A stretch of 61,460 bases of DNA, filler included. It is 10 parts of 10 records of this genome, joined end to end, with 100 filler letters (N's around TTAATTAATTAA, not from the genome) between each part and the next. Parts side by side here need not be neighbours in the genome. Positions count along the whole stretch, not along the records: positions 10,055 to 17,148 come from SRR7504441_6951; positions 17,249 to 27,140 come from SRR7504441_6957; 8 more parts are not named here. The stretch is one strand, 5' to 3'. How positions within the stretch are numbered: the stretch's first letter is position 1; each line of letters begins with the position of its first letter. The notes beneath the pieces are model-generated. The model worked only from the letters and a program-made list of their open reading frames with translations. It did not search any database and was not told the origin of the DNA. A program made the position numbers and the translations under genes. Positions 10,966-23,700 of this stretch are shown here, in pieces.

Positions 10966-12255
10966 TCAATCGCAGATCGGGCCTTTGCGCGGCCTTCGCG
11001 GCGTCCCGCCTCCACCAATGCGCCCCGGAGCATTGTTGGACACCACCTGGAGAGCTTGAAAGATGGCGAGCAGGTCCGCGTAGAGCTCGTGCTCGGCCTT
11101 GGTCACGCTGCCCGCAACGTCGGGGGGGGCTACCCCGTGGGGGTAGGCCATGCTGAAGCCGTACTGCGACCGCATCTCCGCGTTGACGGCGGCGTCCATG
11201 CATATCGCCACCAGGTTTTTGTTCTTCCCCGGCCCCTTGCCAGTGCCGTCGACGAGATACGCGCCGTAGTCCACCATCGCGGCCTTGATCTTACCCCCGA
11301 CCACCGTGGTCGTCTTCACTGCCGCCGCCGTCTCGGACTCGATGGCCAATAGCGCGCCGGGGGCGACGTACCGGTTGACCCCCAGGTAGCCCCCCGACGA
11401 CGTGTTTCTCTTGTTATCCCACCCCCCGTTGCTCCCCGTTGCAGGCCAGACGTATTGCGTCCTGCCCCCATTGTCCCCCGTGCTCGGGCTGAGCTGAGAC
11501 GCTCCGTAGTACCACCAGTTGGCTAGTTCGATCTTGAGCGCATGCGCGATGGGGGGGGCGTCCGGCATGAGCTCGCCCAGACGAATACTGCCGCCGATCG
11601 AGGACAGCCCGCTGCCGCCGTGGGCGCCGCCGACGCCGTCGCCCAGGATACTCGTGACGTTGCTGAAACGCTGTGGTCCGCCATCGGTGGTGTTGCCCCA
11701 CCGCGCAAGGAGCGGCGATGGGTAGTAACCACAGCGATAGGCGGGCTGCATCTGGACGAGCGTCACATTATCCTCGAGGAGGATCGCCATGGCATTATTG
11801 TTGCTCTGGTTGTTGGCGGAGCGGCAGTTGGAGCCGTCGCTCTTGGCGGGGCCGCCCTCGCAGTCAGACGCAGAGGTCCATTCCCGCGGCAGGCGAATGC
11901 GCGACACGCACCCGTCGAGCTGGCGCGAGAGGGCGTCGTCCGCACCACTGCACGGGATGCCCGTGCGCGAGTGTTTCTGAATCGCGCAGTGGTCGTCGGC
12001 ACCCCAGTCTCCCTGGTTGTACCAGTCGGTCAGAGGGTCGTCCGCGGTCACCCGAAGGATAAAGTCCTGATCGTTGTGGAAGTTTCCCGGCGGCCCGCGG
12101 TAGTCGCCCGGCTCGAACAGGTGGGCCGGCTTGAACACCGCCCCGCTTCCGATGGCTGTATTCCAGATCGAGTCGGCCGTAAACGGCTCCAGGAATCGGT
12201 CACGGCATGGCGGTGGAGACGCCAGCGCCGCGAGGACGAGGGTGAGACCCGACAT
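10966..12255 (-). CDS. Intronless secreted hypothetical protein, Gly/Asn/Trp-rich, bacterial-like
   Basis: Signal-like MSGLTLVLAALAS; PFTADSIWNTAIGSGA, GAHGGSGLSSIGGSIRLGEL, YGAYLVD. Confidence 0.75.
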   Translation of the reverse strand: MSGLTLVLAALASPPPCRDRFLEPFTADSIWNTAIGSGAVFKPAHLFEPGDYRGPPGNFHNDQDFILRVTADDPLTDWYNQGDWGADDHCAIQKHSRTGIPCSGADDALSRQLDGCVSRIRLPREWTSASDCEGGPAKSDGSNCRSANNQSNNNAMAILLEDNVTLVQMQPAYRCGYYPSPLLARWGNTTDGGPQRFSNVTSILGDGVGGAHGGSGLSSIGGSIRLGELMPDAPPIAHALKIELANWWYYGASQLSPSTGDNGGRTQYVWPATGSNGGWDNKRNTSSGGYLGVNRYVAPGALLAIESETAAAVKTTTVVGGKIKAAMVDYGAYLVDGTGKGPGKNKNLVAICMDAAVNAEMRSQYGFSMAYPHGVAPPDVAGSVTKAEHELYADLLAIFQALQVVSNNAPGRIGGGGTPRRPRKGPICD

Positions 12256-12289
12256 GCGCTTCCGTTGGACAGCAGGCCGGGCGTTAGGA

Positions 12290-15200
12290 ATGACGCGCTG
12301 GTGGCCGGCCGAGGCGGCCCCCGAGGAGGATGGCGGCCCGGAGCCGGCGGAGCAGCTGGAGCCGTCGCCGCTCAGCGAGCCGGTAGTCCGGATGGGCCAG
12401 GCCGCCGTCGAGATCCCGGACTGGGACGGGCGGGCCGTGGTGACTCTCTGGCGCGACGGCGACAGCAGCCAGCCGCTCACGGTGCGGCTGGCCGCCCGGG
12501 ACGGCTCGGCGGTGGCCGGGGTTCACTACCGGCTGCCGGCGGCCGGGCTGGAGGCTCAGTTCGGGCCCGGGGCCAGCTCGGCGGTGCTGGAGCTGCCGCT
12601 GGAGCGGGACGCGGCAACGGTGGCGGACGTGAGCTGGACGGTCGAGCTGAGCACCCCGGGCGAGGAGGCTGGGTACACGGTGTCGGCTCTGGCCCGGTGC
12701 GTGTGCACGATCCGTCACACTGAGTTCGAGGGCCCGACCGTCGAGTGGAGCGAGCAGCAGGTGGAGGTGCTCGAGAACGAGGGGTACGCCTGCCTCCAGA
12801 TGCGCCGGAACGGGGAGCTGAGCCAGCCGCTGAGCGTGCCGTTGCGGACGGTGGAGGGGGTCGGGTTGCACGCCGGCCGGGCGGATTACGACTTCGTGCC
12901 GGGCGAGTACATTGCTGAGTTTACGCCCGGCGAGGCCACGACTGTGGTGGAGGTGTGCGGGCTGGCCAACGGAATCTAACGGTAACGGACAGGTGTCCAT
13001 ACTGGACGACGAAGAGATTGGGAAGGAGCATAAGCCGGACCGGCACTTTGAGGTTTGGATCGAGCCGGCGGAGGAGTACCGCGTGGTGCGGAGCGCGAGT
13101 GTGGCGGTGACGGTGCAGGACGCGGACTTCAGGGGGCGGGGGTGGGTGCACGAGGTGGTGGACGCCACTGCGTTCAAGGTCATAATGCTCGTGTTTACGT
13201 TCTACGCTCTGGTGGGCACTGACATTGTGAGTATTGGCCTAGGCTGCGAGCGACTCACTGCGTGGGGCAGTGGATTCTAACGGTCGATTATGATCAAGGG
13301 GTGGACGACTTTGAGACCGCGCTGGTCATCATCACCATAGCGGCGTTCTGTTTCGAGATTGTGGCCATGTGCATAGTGTATCGGGCCGATTACTGCCCGT
13401 CCACCAGCTTCGTGATGGACTTCGTCGCGATGGCAGCCATGGTGCTAATGCTCCCTTGGATCAGGCAATACGTCGTCTTTGACGCCTCGCTCGCCCGGGT
13501 GAACCGGGTGGGCAAGGTGGCCGCCCGAGCCAGCCGGGCGGTCAAGTGCGGGGCTATTATTGGAAAGTGCTTCAAGTTGGCAACTGGACTTTGGTCTTGG
13601 TGGATGGAGCCTGGCGAGATGCCCCAGATCAAAGCGATCCGCCTGGCCGAGCTGAGCGAGCCGGACAGAATCGCCGAGACCGACTTGATGTCCGAGGCCG
13701 AGCGGGGCGCCGTTTTCGTGTTCGGCGGCCCTGAGGTGAGGGCGACGCTGCTCGGATCGATGCAGCCCAAGGAGTGGCTCGCTGTCCTGGGGCCCCAGTC
13801 CCCGTGTCCTCACCCGCTGACCGGCCAGGAGAAGGCCGAGATTTATCTCTATGCGAGGCCGGCTGGGCGGGCTGCCCTGATTGCACTCGCCGCGCCGTCG
13901 ATCAGACGGGAGGCGTTTGAACATTTGTCAGCCGACGACAAGATCGCTGTGCTGGTCAGAATGAACTCAGCACAGCGGGCGGCCACTGCCATCGGAAGCC
14001 CTTCCGCTAATGGGGACAGAAGCGAGGCGAATGGGCGTCGGGCAGAGGACTGGAAGGCCCTCTATGCAATGGCCTCACTCACAGACAAAGCTCGGCTTCT
14101 CACGTTATTCTCAGACGCGGATCGGGTGGATGCTGTGCGTGAAATGACCAGCGAGCAGCGCCGCAAAATCGTCAAAATGATGCATACGACTTATGAAGAG
14201 GCAGAAGAGCATCTGGACGAGAGCAAAAAAGCCGATGCAATCTGTGTGGCCGCCACGGTTTTCGTGGCGATGGACCGTCATGAGAGAAAGAAAGCTATTC
14301 CATTGTTGGGCCCGGAAGAGAAGCATGAGCTAGAAGAAGCCATGAAGCAGATTCGGCGAGCGCATCAAGGCGAGGCGTCTCATACCGACGGTTCGCCCAT
14401 GGCCATGTCCCCGAGTGGCCGGGTGTGGTTCGGAGAGCGGGTTATGATGGAGCAGGAGACGGTCAGCGCCGAAGACCTAGCACAATTGACGCGAGGCTTG
14501 GGTGGCGTCCAAGACAATGCAGAACAAATCGAACTGGGTGCAGTCGAGGACATGGCAAACGAAAGCTGCGGGGAAATCGCGGCTGGCGTGGAGGCCCGAG
14601 TTCAAGCGGACGATGAACTGAATCCGCATTTGACACAAGTCAGAGCAGTGTATCAATCACTGGAGCCGGGTCCGCTTTGCCCTGCAAGCGCCCAAGATGC
14701 CCAGCAAGCCGCAGGGCCGGTATCTGTGCAAGAAAGCGAGGTGCGCGGCCAATTCGCGGATGGGCTCTCGAGTGGGCCTGAAGTGGAAAGCTCCGGAGTA
14801 GAGGGCTCGGGAGTGGATTCAAGCCCAGCGATTGGACCTGGCGTCGGCTCAGGCAGTGGCATGGAGGCTAAAGATTCACTGGATGGGCCCGCAGACGGCA
14901 ACGGAGTCGTGATCGAAGTAGCTGAAGGCGGGCAATCGGGCGCAAAGGGCCAGTCAGACGAGCTGGTCAGCCTTGTCCCGACTCCAGAGGCCAAAGAGGC
15001 TGCTGATGCAAAGATCAAGGCTGACAAGCGACTCCGTGGCCATTTGGCTCAGCAGCAAGAAGCGAAAGACAAAGCCGACCTGCAGATGATAGACGATGTC
15101 GGCCACATAGGAGCGGTGTTGCTGCAACAGCTGGCCACAAAGGTGATTGTTTTGATGATTCTGACAATGCTAATCTTCGCTTTACTCTCAGTCGATCCAT

Positions 15201-17148
15201 TGCCGACTCAACAGACGTACGGACTGGATGCGCTCCTGTCCGCCGAACAGACCTACTCTGCCAGTTCAAATGCGTTCACGTTGAACATGCAGATGTATAA
15301 GTACGGCTATCTACCAGACTACAGCGGGTCTCCAGGCTCTAAATACAACAAGAAGCAGGCGCTGCTATACCTGAAGATAAACGGAGTTTTATATAACAGT
15401 GGCCTCGACACAGATCAGCTGGACAATCGGCGCGATTTTGATGAGCTGGTTGGGTTTGTCCCGAGCGATGGCGGTTGTAGTTTCAGTCCGGCCTCTCTGA
15501 AGGAGGATTTGATGAGTTCGAGCTGTGCGACTGCAGCAATATGGGATTATAAAGACTTGGCGGTTCAAGCTGCATGGTTCAACATCATTGCGGTTGTGCT
15601 GATCGTGGTTTTGATTCTGCTAGGACTAGCTGCCATGGCAAGCGATTTCCACGATTTGATGGCACGACCAGCCGGGGCAATGTTTGCAGTGACTGTTCTC
15701 GTCCAGGCCATTATTAAGCGCGTCGAAGGTCTGATCGCAGACTTGAAGGGGAACGACAAGGTGGATGATCAGGGCAACATCATCGTGGCGGAACCTATCG
15801 ACGTGGCAGATCTGGCCAACGTGATTGGGATGGAATACCAAGAGATCCACCGGACTTTGATCCAGCTGGTACACGACAGCGAGGTGTCGTTCAGCATGCG
15901 CTTGCCGGCGCAACGGAACGCGATCACGCGCATGCATTCCAAAGTTGTGCTGCTTCAGGCTAGACTGCAAATTTGGTCTGAAAACGAGGATGCTTGCAGG
16001 AAAGAGCTGGTTCTTGTGCTCGAGAGCTTCGGCATCCTGCCGCCTCACTTCCATAAACTAATGGAGCAGCTTGGTGCGTTGAGTACAGCCTTTGAACCGC
16101 GTGACGCTGAGCCAACGACACCGCGTGCTCAGCGCATGGTCGAGGAGCTTGTGATTGACTTCACCACTAAAGCTTTGGGCGACACGGCGCAGCTCATCAA
16201 ACAGAAACCAAATCTGTCTGATCTCATCAAGAAGACAACCGACATTCCTGGCTTGGTCAATTTGCTGCGGCATGTGCACCAAGAGGCAGTAGCTCAGGCT
16301 CTGGACGAGCTAGGCGACGAGATCTCGATACCTCCCGATTTCTTCCCATCCGATCCCAATCCAAGTGTCCTGATGGAAAAGACAGACCTCCTGCTTTCGA
16401 ATTGCGGCTCTCCTCGCTCAATAGCGGCCCTCCAAAAGCTGAAAGAGAGTCGGTTGGAGCAGGTAATGGACAATCTCGACAGGGCGACGAGCGCGCATGG
16501 TGTCAGCGGTGCAGCAGACAGCCTGACCTCCGAGGATGCGGTGGCAGTGCTCGCTAATATGTTGAAAGCAGACACACTCCTACCACCCGGGTTTCTGTCT
16601 GTTTATGACAAGCGCATGATGGAAGCACTTCTCGAATTTGTAAAAAATGGCGCCGACGACGGGGACAGGTCAGAAGAGGGAGCCAGGCCGTATTCCGCAG
16701 CGAAAGTGACTTCGTGGATCCGGCTGGCGAACTCGATGGTCCTAAAGAACTCAACATTCGAGCCTGGATTGTTCGGGCGCGCAGACAAGTGGCTGGTGCT
16801 CTTCACAATCGCGCTTGCGGCTCCGATTCCGAACCAATTTGCCACCAGAAGACAGCATCTAAATCACCAGGTCAAAGTGTTTGCAGACGACCCCGAGTTC
16901 TTCCCCAATGGGAGGCCGGAGCAGCTCCTGCAGGCTCTGCAACGGATCGAGCAAATGCGAGCCGAGGGGAGTCCGTTCGCAATAGTGATCCAAGCCGCAA
17001 GAGAGGTGTTGAAGAGCCTGCCAGTCGATTCGACCGGAGTTGTTTGCACAGTCACTCTTTCAATGGAGAATGATTCGATACCTGCGGGGTCGGCTGAGAG
17101 ATCGAGCTTCGAGCTGCAGTTCCGCAGTGACATTGCTTTTATTTTAGG
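12290..17148 (+). CDS. Large membrane protein: two Calx-beta domains, S1-S4 voltage-sensor-like helices, helical repeats, S5/S6-like TM pair; 3' truncated
   Basis: Calx-beta motifs (DGSAVAGVHY, FTPGEATTVVE|VSILDD); S4-like LARVNRVGKVAARASRAVK; two short introns join ORFs 12131, 12912 and 13262. Confidence 0.75.
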
Positions 17149-17248
17149 NNNNNNNNNNNNNNNNNNNNNNNNNNNNNNNNNNNNNNNNNNNNTTAATTAA
17201 TTAANNNNNNNNNNNNNNNNNNNNNNNNNNNNNNNNNNNNNNNNNNNN
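17149..17248. other. Artificial contig spacer
   Basis: N-run / TTAATTAATTAA / N-run. Confidence 0.98.
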
Positions 17249-17706
17249 CCGATCTGACCGAGCCAAGCCTGCTTGCTGCAGTTACCTGGATGGAGCGGCA
17301 TATGCCGAACGAGAAGAAGAGTACGGTTGCCTTAGACCGGCAGTACGAGGCAAGAAAAAAACCGAAGCTGCTCCGCGGTGATCCACCCCGGCAGCACCTC
17401 CTCCTGCCCCCCCGCTGCTTTTTCCGGATCCACCATTCTGTCCGGATCCAAACATAGATCTAGACTCTTGAGTCTAGGGACCTACCGGTAGAGTCCTGCC
17501 AGAAGCAGGCGGTGGAGACTGGAGAGCCTTTAAAATCCGAGTCCAGCCGCAACTATGTTTCGACTTAAAGCTTGAATGGCGCGCTTTAAAATTTCTAGAC
17601 CGGTCTAGTACCTCTAAACTTAGAGATACATGCATAACTGCACTTAGTCTAGTCTAGATAGACCGTCGCCACCGTTCAGTGGCGTGTGACCGGATGCAAG
17701 CCAGGT

Positions 17707-19108
17707 TCAGTTGAATGAGCTACGGGCAATCACCGGCGACCCGAGCCCAGCTTCGGGCGGCCCGCCGTCGAGCAGCCCATGTTCGTCCTGGAGCTCCGGG
17801 TCGTCCTGCTTGAGCAACTGGTGGACCGGCTCGTCATACTGAAACCAGCGGGGGGCACAGCCGTCGAACCGGAGGATCCCGTTGTGGATGAAGGTCCCGA
17901 GCACCATCACGCCAAACCCGAGCACCTGCAGCGGGGAGGCCACCTTGTCCCACTTTTCGCCGTATCGACCATTGGTGGCTTCATACAGGATCAAGTCGAC
18001 ACTGAACACCAGGATGGTCCGGCAGGCGTCCACCAGCGTCCGGTGGACTGAGCTGAGTGTTTTGGCCACGGCCAGCCCGCAAAAGTTGTAGAAGGCTATC
18101 GAGAACCAGTACGAACACACCAATGCAGCCAGCAGCGCGTTGTTGGAGAAGAGGGTCGCTGCATCGAGAGCGTCCTCGTGAATCCCGTCGCCGTCTTTGC
18201 ACCAGTCCTCGGTGCACTTTTTGAACGGGATCCAGTATACGAGCGGGAGCACCACTGCGAGCATGGCGATCATGCCGGTGATTCCCTCGCAGCCGACCAC
18301 AAACTCTGGCGGAAGCTGCCTGGCCTTGAGGAACTTCTCCTCCACCACCATCTGGAAGGCGCTCATCACCTGCCGCCCAGTATTAGCGTCCACTGTGCAT
18401 ACTAGTAGCGCTACAGCAGTGTCACCTGCGAGACTACCACCAGCAGGTTGCCTAGCATCACCAAAGAGGCCGACTGGTGCTTGGACGAGCTGGACCCAAT
18501 GTACGAGGCCCCGCCCACCAGCGACACCCCGGCGATCACAACAAGGATCCCGACCCACTGGTAGTCTTTGATCTTCCGCTTGAGGAAGACCACGGTGAAC
18601 AGCCCGGTGAAGGCGATGATCGAGCCTCGGAGCATCTGGAAAACGCTGGCCGAGGTGAACAGCAGCCCAATCCCGGACATGGTGGTCCCCCCGAGGTCGC
18701 ACCTGTCCGTCCGTCACTTTTCGTTGGTGGCTGTCGGCAGCACATGGCCGGGATCACGCACACGAGGCAGTCCGACGTCAGGCTGCGCGTCACCGGATGT
18801 TCCGACTCAGCAGGCCGGCGCGTGCGGGTGGCCACGGCGTAGTAGATCATCAGGGTGGCCTCGCCACTGAACATCACCAGCGTCTGGGTCCAGGGCTTTT
18901 GGAACTTGCGCTGACCGTGGTGCGGGCAATCCTCGGCGTCGTCGGTGGCGTCCACGCCTGCCCGGCCGGTGGAGCAGGTGTTGTAGCCCATCTTCTTGGC
19001 AATCGTGTTGACCGATCCAAAGAAGAGCATCCCGGCCACCAGCAGCAGCGCCATCCCCATTCCGCCGCCCTTCTTGCCCCCGCCACCAAGCACGCACCGC
19101 AGCCCCAT
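17707..19108 (-). CDS. SLC35F6: SLC35F6-like drug/metabolite (nucleotide-sugar family) transporter
   Basis: GSVNTIAKK, FQKPWTQTLVMFSGE, ASVFQMLRGS, QMVVEEKFL, SIAFYNFCG, HRTLVDACRT. Confidence 0.85.
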
Positions 19109-19167
19109 GATCCGGCGAACGGTCGGGAGGCCAACCGGCCGCAGTGCTGCGGGGGACGCCGGCCGGG

Positions 19168-20372
19168 ATGGCCGGGGAGGTGGAGCGGCGGTCGGCGGCC
19201 GGGCTGTCGCCGGAGCAGATCCGGGTGGTGCTCGACGGGGCGCAGCAGCCGCTGGTGCTCGAGTCGGCCATCGAGCGCTGGCCGGCCCGGGGCTGGAGCC
19301 CTGGACGGCTGGCCGAACACTTCGGGAGCGCACCGGCCCAGCTGCGCTTCCACCGACGGGATCCGGGCCGGACCCCGTGGGAGGGCGAGGGGGAGCATCG
19401 GGTGGGCTGCCGGCGGGCAGGGCGGGAGCGGCCGGGGCAGGAGTCCTCGCTGGGCGAGTTCTGCGCCTGGCTGGAGGACGAGCCCGTCTCGAAGCGGCCC
19501 AAGGGCCAAGGGCTGCCGCACCGGGCCGGCTGGTCAGGCTACTGCGCGTACAAGTACTTCCATCAGGCGGCCAGAGTCGCACGGCCCCGCTGAGCCCGGC
19601 GGCAGCTGTTCGCAGAGCACCCGGCGGCACTCGAGGCTGTGTGCTGGGACCAGCTCGGTGCGCGGCGGCCGGATGGGTCGGAGCCAGGGGCAGGGCTGGG
19701 GAACGGGGGGGGCGAGTCGGTGCTGTGGCTGGGGAGCGAAGGGGCGTGCACCCCTTGCCACTACGATACATATGGGACCAACGTGGTCGCTCAGCTTCAT
19801 GGGACCAAACAGTGGTCGCTCTGGCCGCCTGGTGCGGTCATGCTCTCAGCCGGGCCGAGTCGGCGGGCCAGAGTGCCGGCTGCGGGCCACACGCACTCCG
19901 TACGAGGAGTCCTCTGTCTTCTGCGCCCAGCCTGAGCTGCCAGCCGCGCTGACGGTGCAACTCAGCCCAGGCGAGGTGCCGCCGCCCGGGGTGCAGGCTG
20001 CAGCCAGGGCAGGTGCTGGCTGTCCCGCGCCATTGGTGGCACCTGGTCCGGTCCGAGTCTGTCAGCCTGAGCGTTAACCTGTGGCGGACGCACCCGCGGG
20101 ACCGGGAGGAGGCGGCCAACGAGGCCGTGGTCCGGCTAGTCAGTCGGGCGGTGTACGATAGCTGTGGGGCGCCCGAGAGCCAATGGCTCAACCCAGGCGA
20201 GCAGCTGTGCCCGGGTCGGTCCTGCCTGCAGGCGCTGTCCGAGCTGCTCGGACAAGAGGCGGGCCCGGCCGAGCTGGTGGACGCGCTGGCCGATCGTGAG
20301 GTGGTCGAGCTTGTGGTGGCCAAACTCAAGGCGGCAGCTACTTCTAGTGCTCTAACAGACCATCCGGGCTAA
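19168..20372 (+). CDS. HSPBAP1: JmjC-domain hydroxylase, HSPBAP1-like
   Basis: LWLGSEGACTPCHYDTYGTNVVAQLHGTKQWSLWPP and VPRHWWHLV (HxD...H); several short introns. Confidence 0.8.
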
Positions 20373-20710
20373 ACACAAAGGGATTCGCTCGAGTGTGTTG
20401 GGTCGTGTACGTTTGATGAGATGATTCATAGATACACTGTAAACAAATTCAGAAGCTGCTAAGTTCCCATCTGAAAAGATGGGACAGGAGGCCTTTACGC
20501 GATTAAAGCGTCCTCTTGATTAAAAAAGAAACTGTTGTATAGTTTCTATTGAACTATCCTTGTTGGGAGGCTGGAGCGTGGGCCCACTGGGCCGAGGTGG
20601 GTCATCGGATCGGCTGCTCAAGATCTTGATTCCGTTACTGTGGATTGGAAGCCGAGTAAGAGCTGGTCGATGGGTCCCCGTCTGACGCCGAGCGGAGTGG
20701 GAGCGGCGGC

Positions 20711-23700
20711 ATGAACTCGGAGCCGTCGATCTCGAGCTGGATCGACCCGCCCAACCCTTGCCACCGATGGAACCCGGCCACCTCGGTCAGCTTCCCGTTC
20801 CCCGAGGGGACCGGCCGGGGGTACAGACTCTTCCGCTGGGTCTTCCGCCGGTACCACAACCTGCTGGCCCCGGAGCTCAACAAGCTGCTCGCACATGAGG
20901 GCCCGCCCCCCTCGTTCGACCACCTGCTCGGCTGCCTCGAAGTGCCGGTGGCTAGCTCCGGTGAGGCCGTGATGCTGCTCTGCGCGCAAAGCTGCGGGGA
21001 CACCTTCGCGTTCGAGGAAGTCGACGGCGGCCGGATCCGGGTGATGCTGCGCGAGTGGTCCCCCGCCGACGCCCAGGAGGCGCTCGAGGCCGACGAGGCC
21101 ATGCGCGACAAGACACGCCGGGAGCGGGCGCTGTGGGCCTTCTTGTGCTCCGGCGGGGCGCTGCCGGTGCGGGCCTGGGTTGTCTCGGGGCTGATGCTCA
21201 CCCGGGCGGCGATGGACCTGTTCCCTGTGGTGATGTCGGAGGTCCGCCGCTTCCACGCCGAGTGCGCCCAAGAGGCCGGTCAGCTCAGGCACCACGCGTG
21301 GACCAGAAAGGCCGGCCGCCGGCCAAACTTTCGCTGGATAAACAGTAACCCGGCCATGTCCTGGGCGCTCGAGCCCAGCGATCGGCCGGAGGTTCTCCGG
21401 CTGCCGCTAGAGCTGGTGGACCGGCCGGCCGCTGAGGCAGTCCAGGGAGTGCTGGTCGGCGGGTGTGCGCAGGACCCTGGGATGATAGAGCTAGGGTTTG
21501 CACCGCCGATAGGGTCAATCGGGGAGCTGCGGCGGACCGTGCTGGAGGAGCTGCTGTACGAGGGGGTCCCGGCCACCGAGAACGACACGTTTGGGCTGTT
21601 TGTGGATTGGACTTCTACGTACGAGGGCGACCCATCCCAGTATGAGTCGGATTGTCAAGTGCTATGTACGGTGCTCCAGGCGGTCGGCTCGACCCAACAG
21701 CTGCGCGAGCGGGCGGCCGAGGTGCGGGCCGGCCTGTCGGCTGGTGAGTCGAGGCAGGTGCGCGGGCTTTGTGAGTCGTGGGCGCTTAAGCAGCACCTCG
21801 ACATAGCAGCGAGCTGCCAGCTGATCCAACAGCTGCTTGCGTGCGCTAACCGGCTCGACCCGGCAACCGCCGAAGCGTACGATAAGCTGAGCGGGGGGGC
21901 GCTCGAGTCCGTGCTCGCGCTCGAGCGCTCACATTTGATATACAACTGCCTGGCTGTGCTTTCTGGCCCGAGAGACCCCCGGCAGCCACAGGCACCGGGC
22001 AGGCGGGCGGGGCTGAGCGGGGGGCAGGCCAAGCGGGCCTTCTTCGAGCAGCTGAGCAAGCTCCGGATGAGTGGGACCGCCCCTGGCTCTGACGATCAGA
22101 TGCTCCAGCAGCTGAGGCTCAGACTGCAGGTGCGGTGTGCGGTGCTCCAACTGACTGGGGGCAGGCAACTGACACGGACTGGATCAGAGCAGCCCACACC
22201 GGCTGGGCCAACAGCTCTGTCCAGCTCCAGTCGACCATCAGCACCTGGCTGCACGAGCAATCAGCAGTCCAGCGCACGCTTTGGTTATACGGAGAGACCG
22301 GCGCGGGCAAGTCTGGGCTGCTCGCACAAATCGTGGACCAGTACCAGGGTCCGGAGCTGCTCGCCGCCCACTGGAGCATGCAGGGCGCCACCAGCGCCTC
22401 GCTCCACTCGGCCCTCTGCTCGCTGGTGCCTCGCGGGATGTTCTGAGTTGAGCCGGCGGGCCAGGCGCATCAGCTGGCGGCCCAGTCGCCGCGGCTGCTC
22501 CGGGCGATGCTGCAGCAGCTGGCGAGCGAGGGGACCGCACCACTCAACCAACGGACAGTGGCTGAGCTGTGCTCTCTGCTGTTTGTGGAGCCGTTTCTTG
22601 CACTCGAACCGACTCCTCAGCCGGTGCCAGACAATGATTGATCGATCGATTGACCCGGCGCAGGTGCTGCTGGTGCTGGATGGCGTGGACAACTGGCGGA
22701 CGCACGAGCTCGAGCAGCTCTGGCAGATCCTGCCCAGCCTGCAGGGCCGGGCCCGGGCGCTCCCAGGAGTTGTGCGTGTGGTGCTCTCATGTGAGTCCGA
22801 CCCGTCGATGCTCGGACTGCAAGAGAGCCCCGCGGTGCTCCCAGTGCAGGTCGAGCCCTCGGCCGGCTCGATGGAGGCGGTGCTCCACGCAGCGCTGGTC
22901 GAGAGGGCGGCCACCGAGGAGCAAGCCGAGTCGGCGCAGATGCTCGTGGTGCAGGCTCAGGCTCTGAGGGCGGCGATGAGCCCGGGCGGCTGGCAGCAAG
23001 TGCACTGGGTCAGCGCGATGCTCCAGTACGATGCGATGGTTGCCCGGGTGTACGGGAGCAAGCCCCTCCCAATCAGCCAGTGCAGCTGGGCACAGGGCGC
23101 CCAGCTTCAGGCGCTCCACCGGACACACTTTGAGCAGATGGCGCGCACCATGCTCGCGCACCAGCCCGAGACGGGGCTCACGCTGGTCCACTTGCTCTTC
23201 TCGCTGCTCCAGCTGGTCTGCGCGCTGGGGGGCGAGCCAATCAGCTTTGACATGCTGGCTCGGGTGCTCAATCCGGCTGACTCGCCGCACGTTGTCTCAC
23301 TGCTCCAGACGCTCGCCCAGCACCTGGCGCCACTCATGCACGGCCGGTATCTGGTGCTCGGCCGGTCGGTCCGCTGGTGGCTTACCCGCACAAACACAAA
23401 CGAGATGGCGCAAGCGCTCGGGGTGCCGCCCCTGAGCGTTGAGCCTCACCAGCTGATCATTACGGCGCTCCGGCAACGACCGGACAGCTGTGCGCTGGCC
23501 AAGGAGCTGGCGGAGCTGTTCGTGGCCTCAGGCCAGACTGAGAAGGCGCGCGAGCTGCTGAGCGTGGTGTCCAAGCCGTCAGTGGAGCTGGTGACATACT
23601 TGCTTGCGCTTCACCAGTGGGCAGCTGACAGCAACGGGGCACGCGAGGTGAGCTCGCCTGCTGGCCACAGGGCTCACTGGCAGGCAGGTGCTGCAACACG

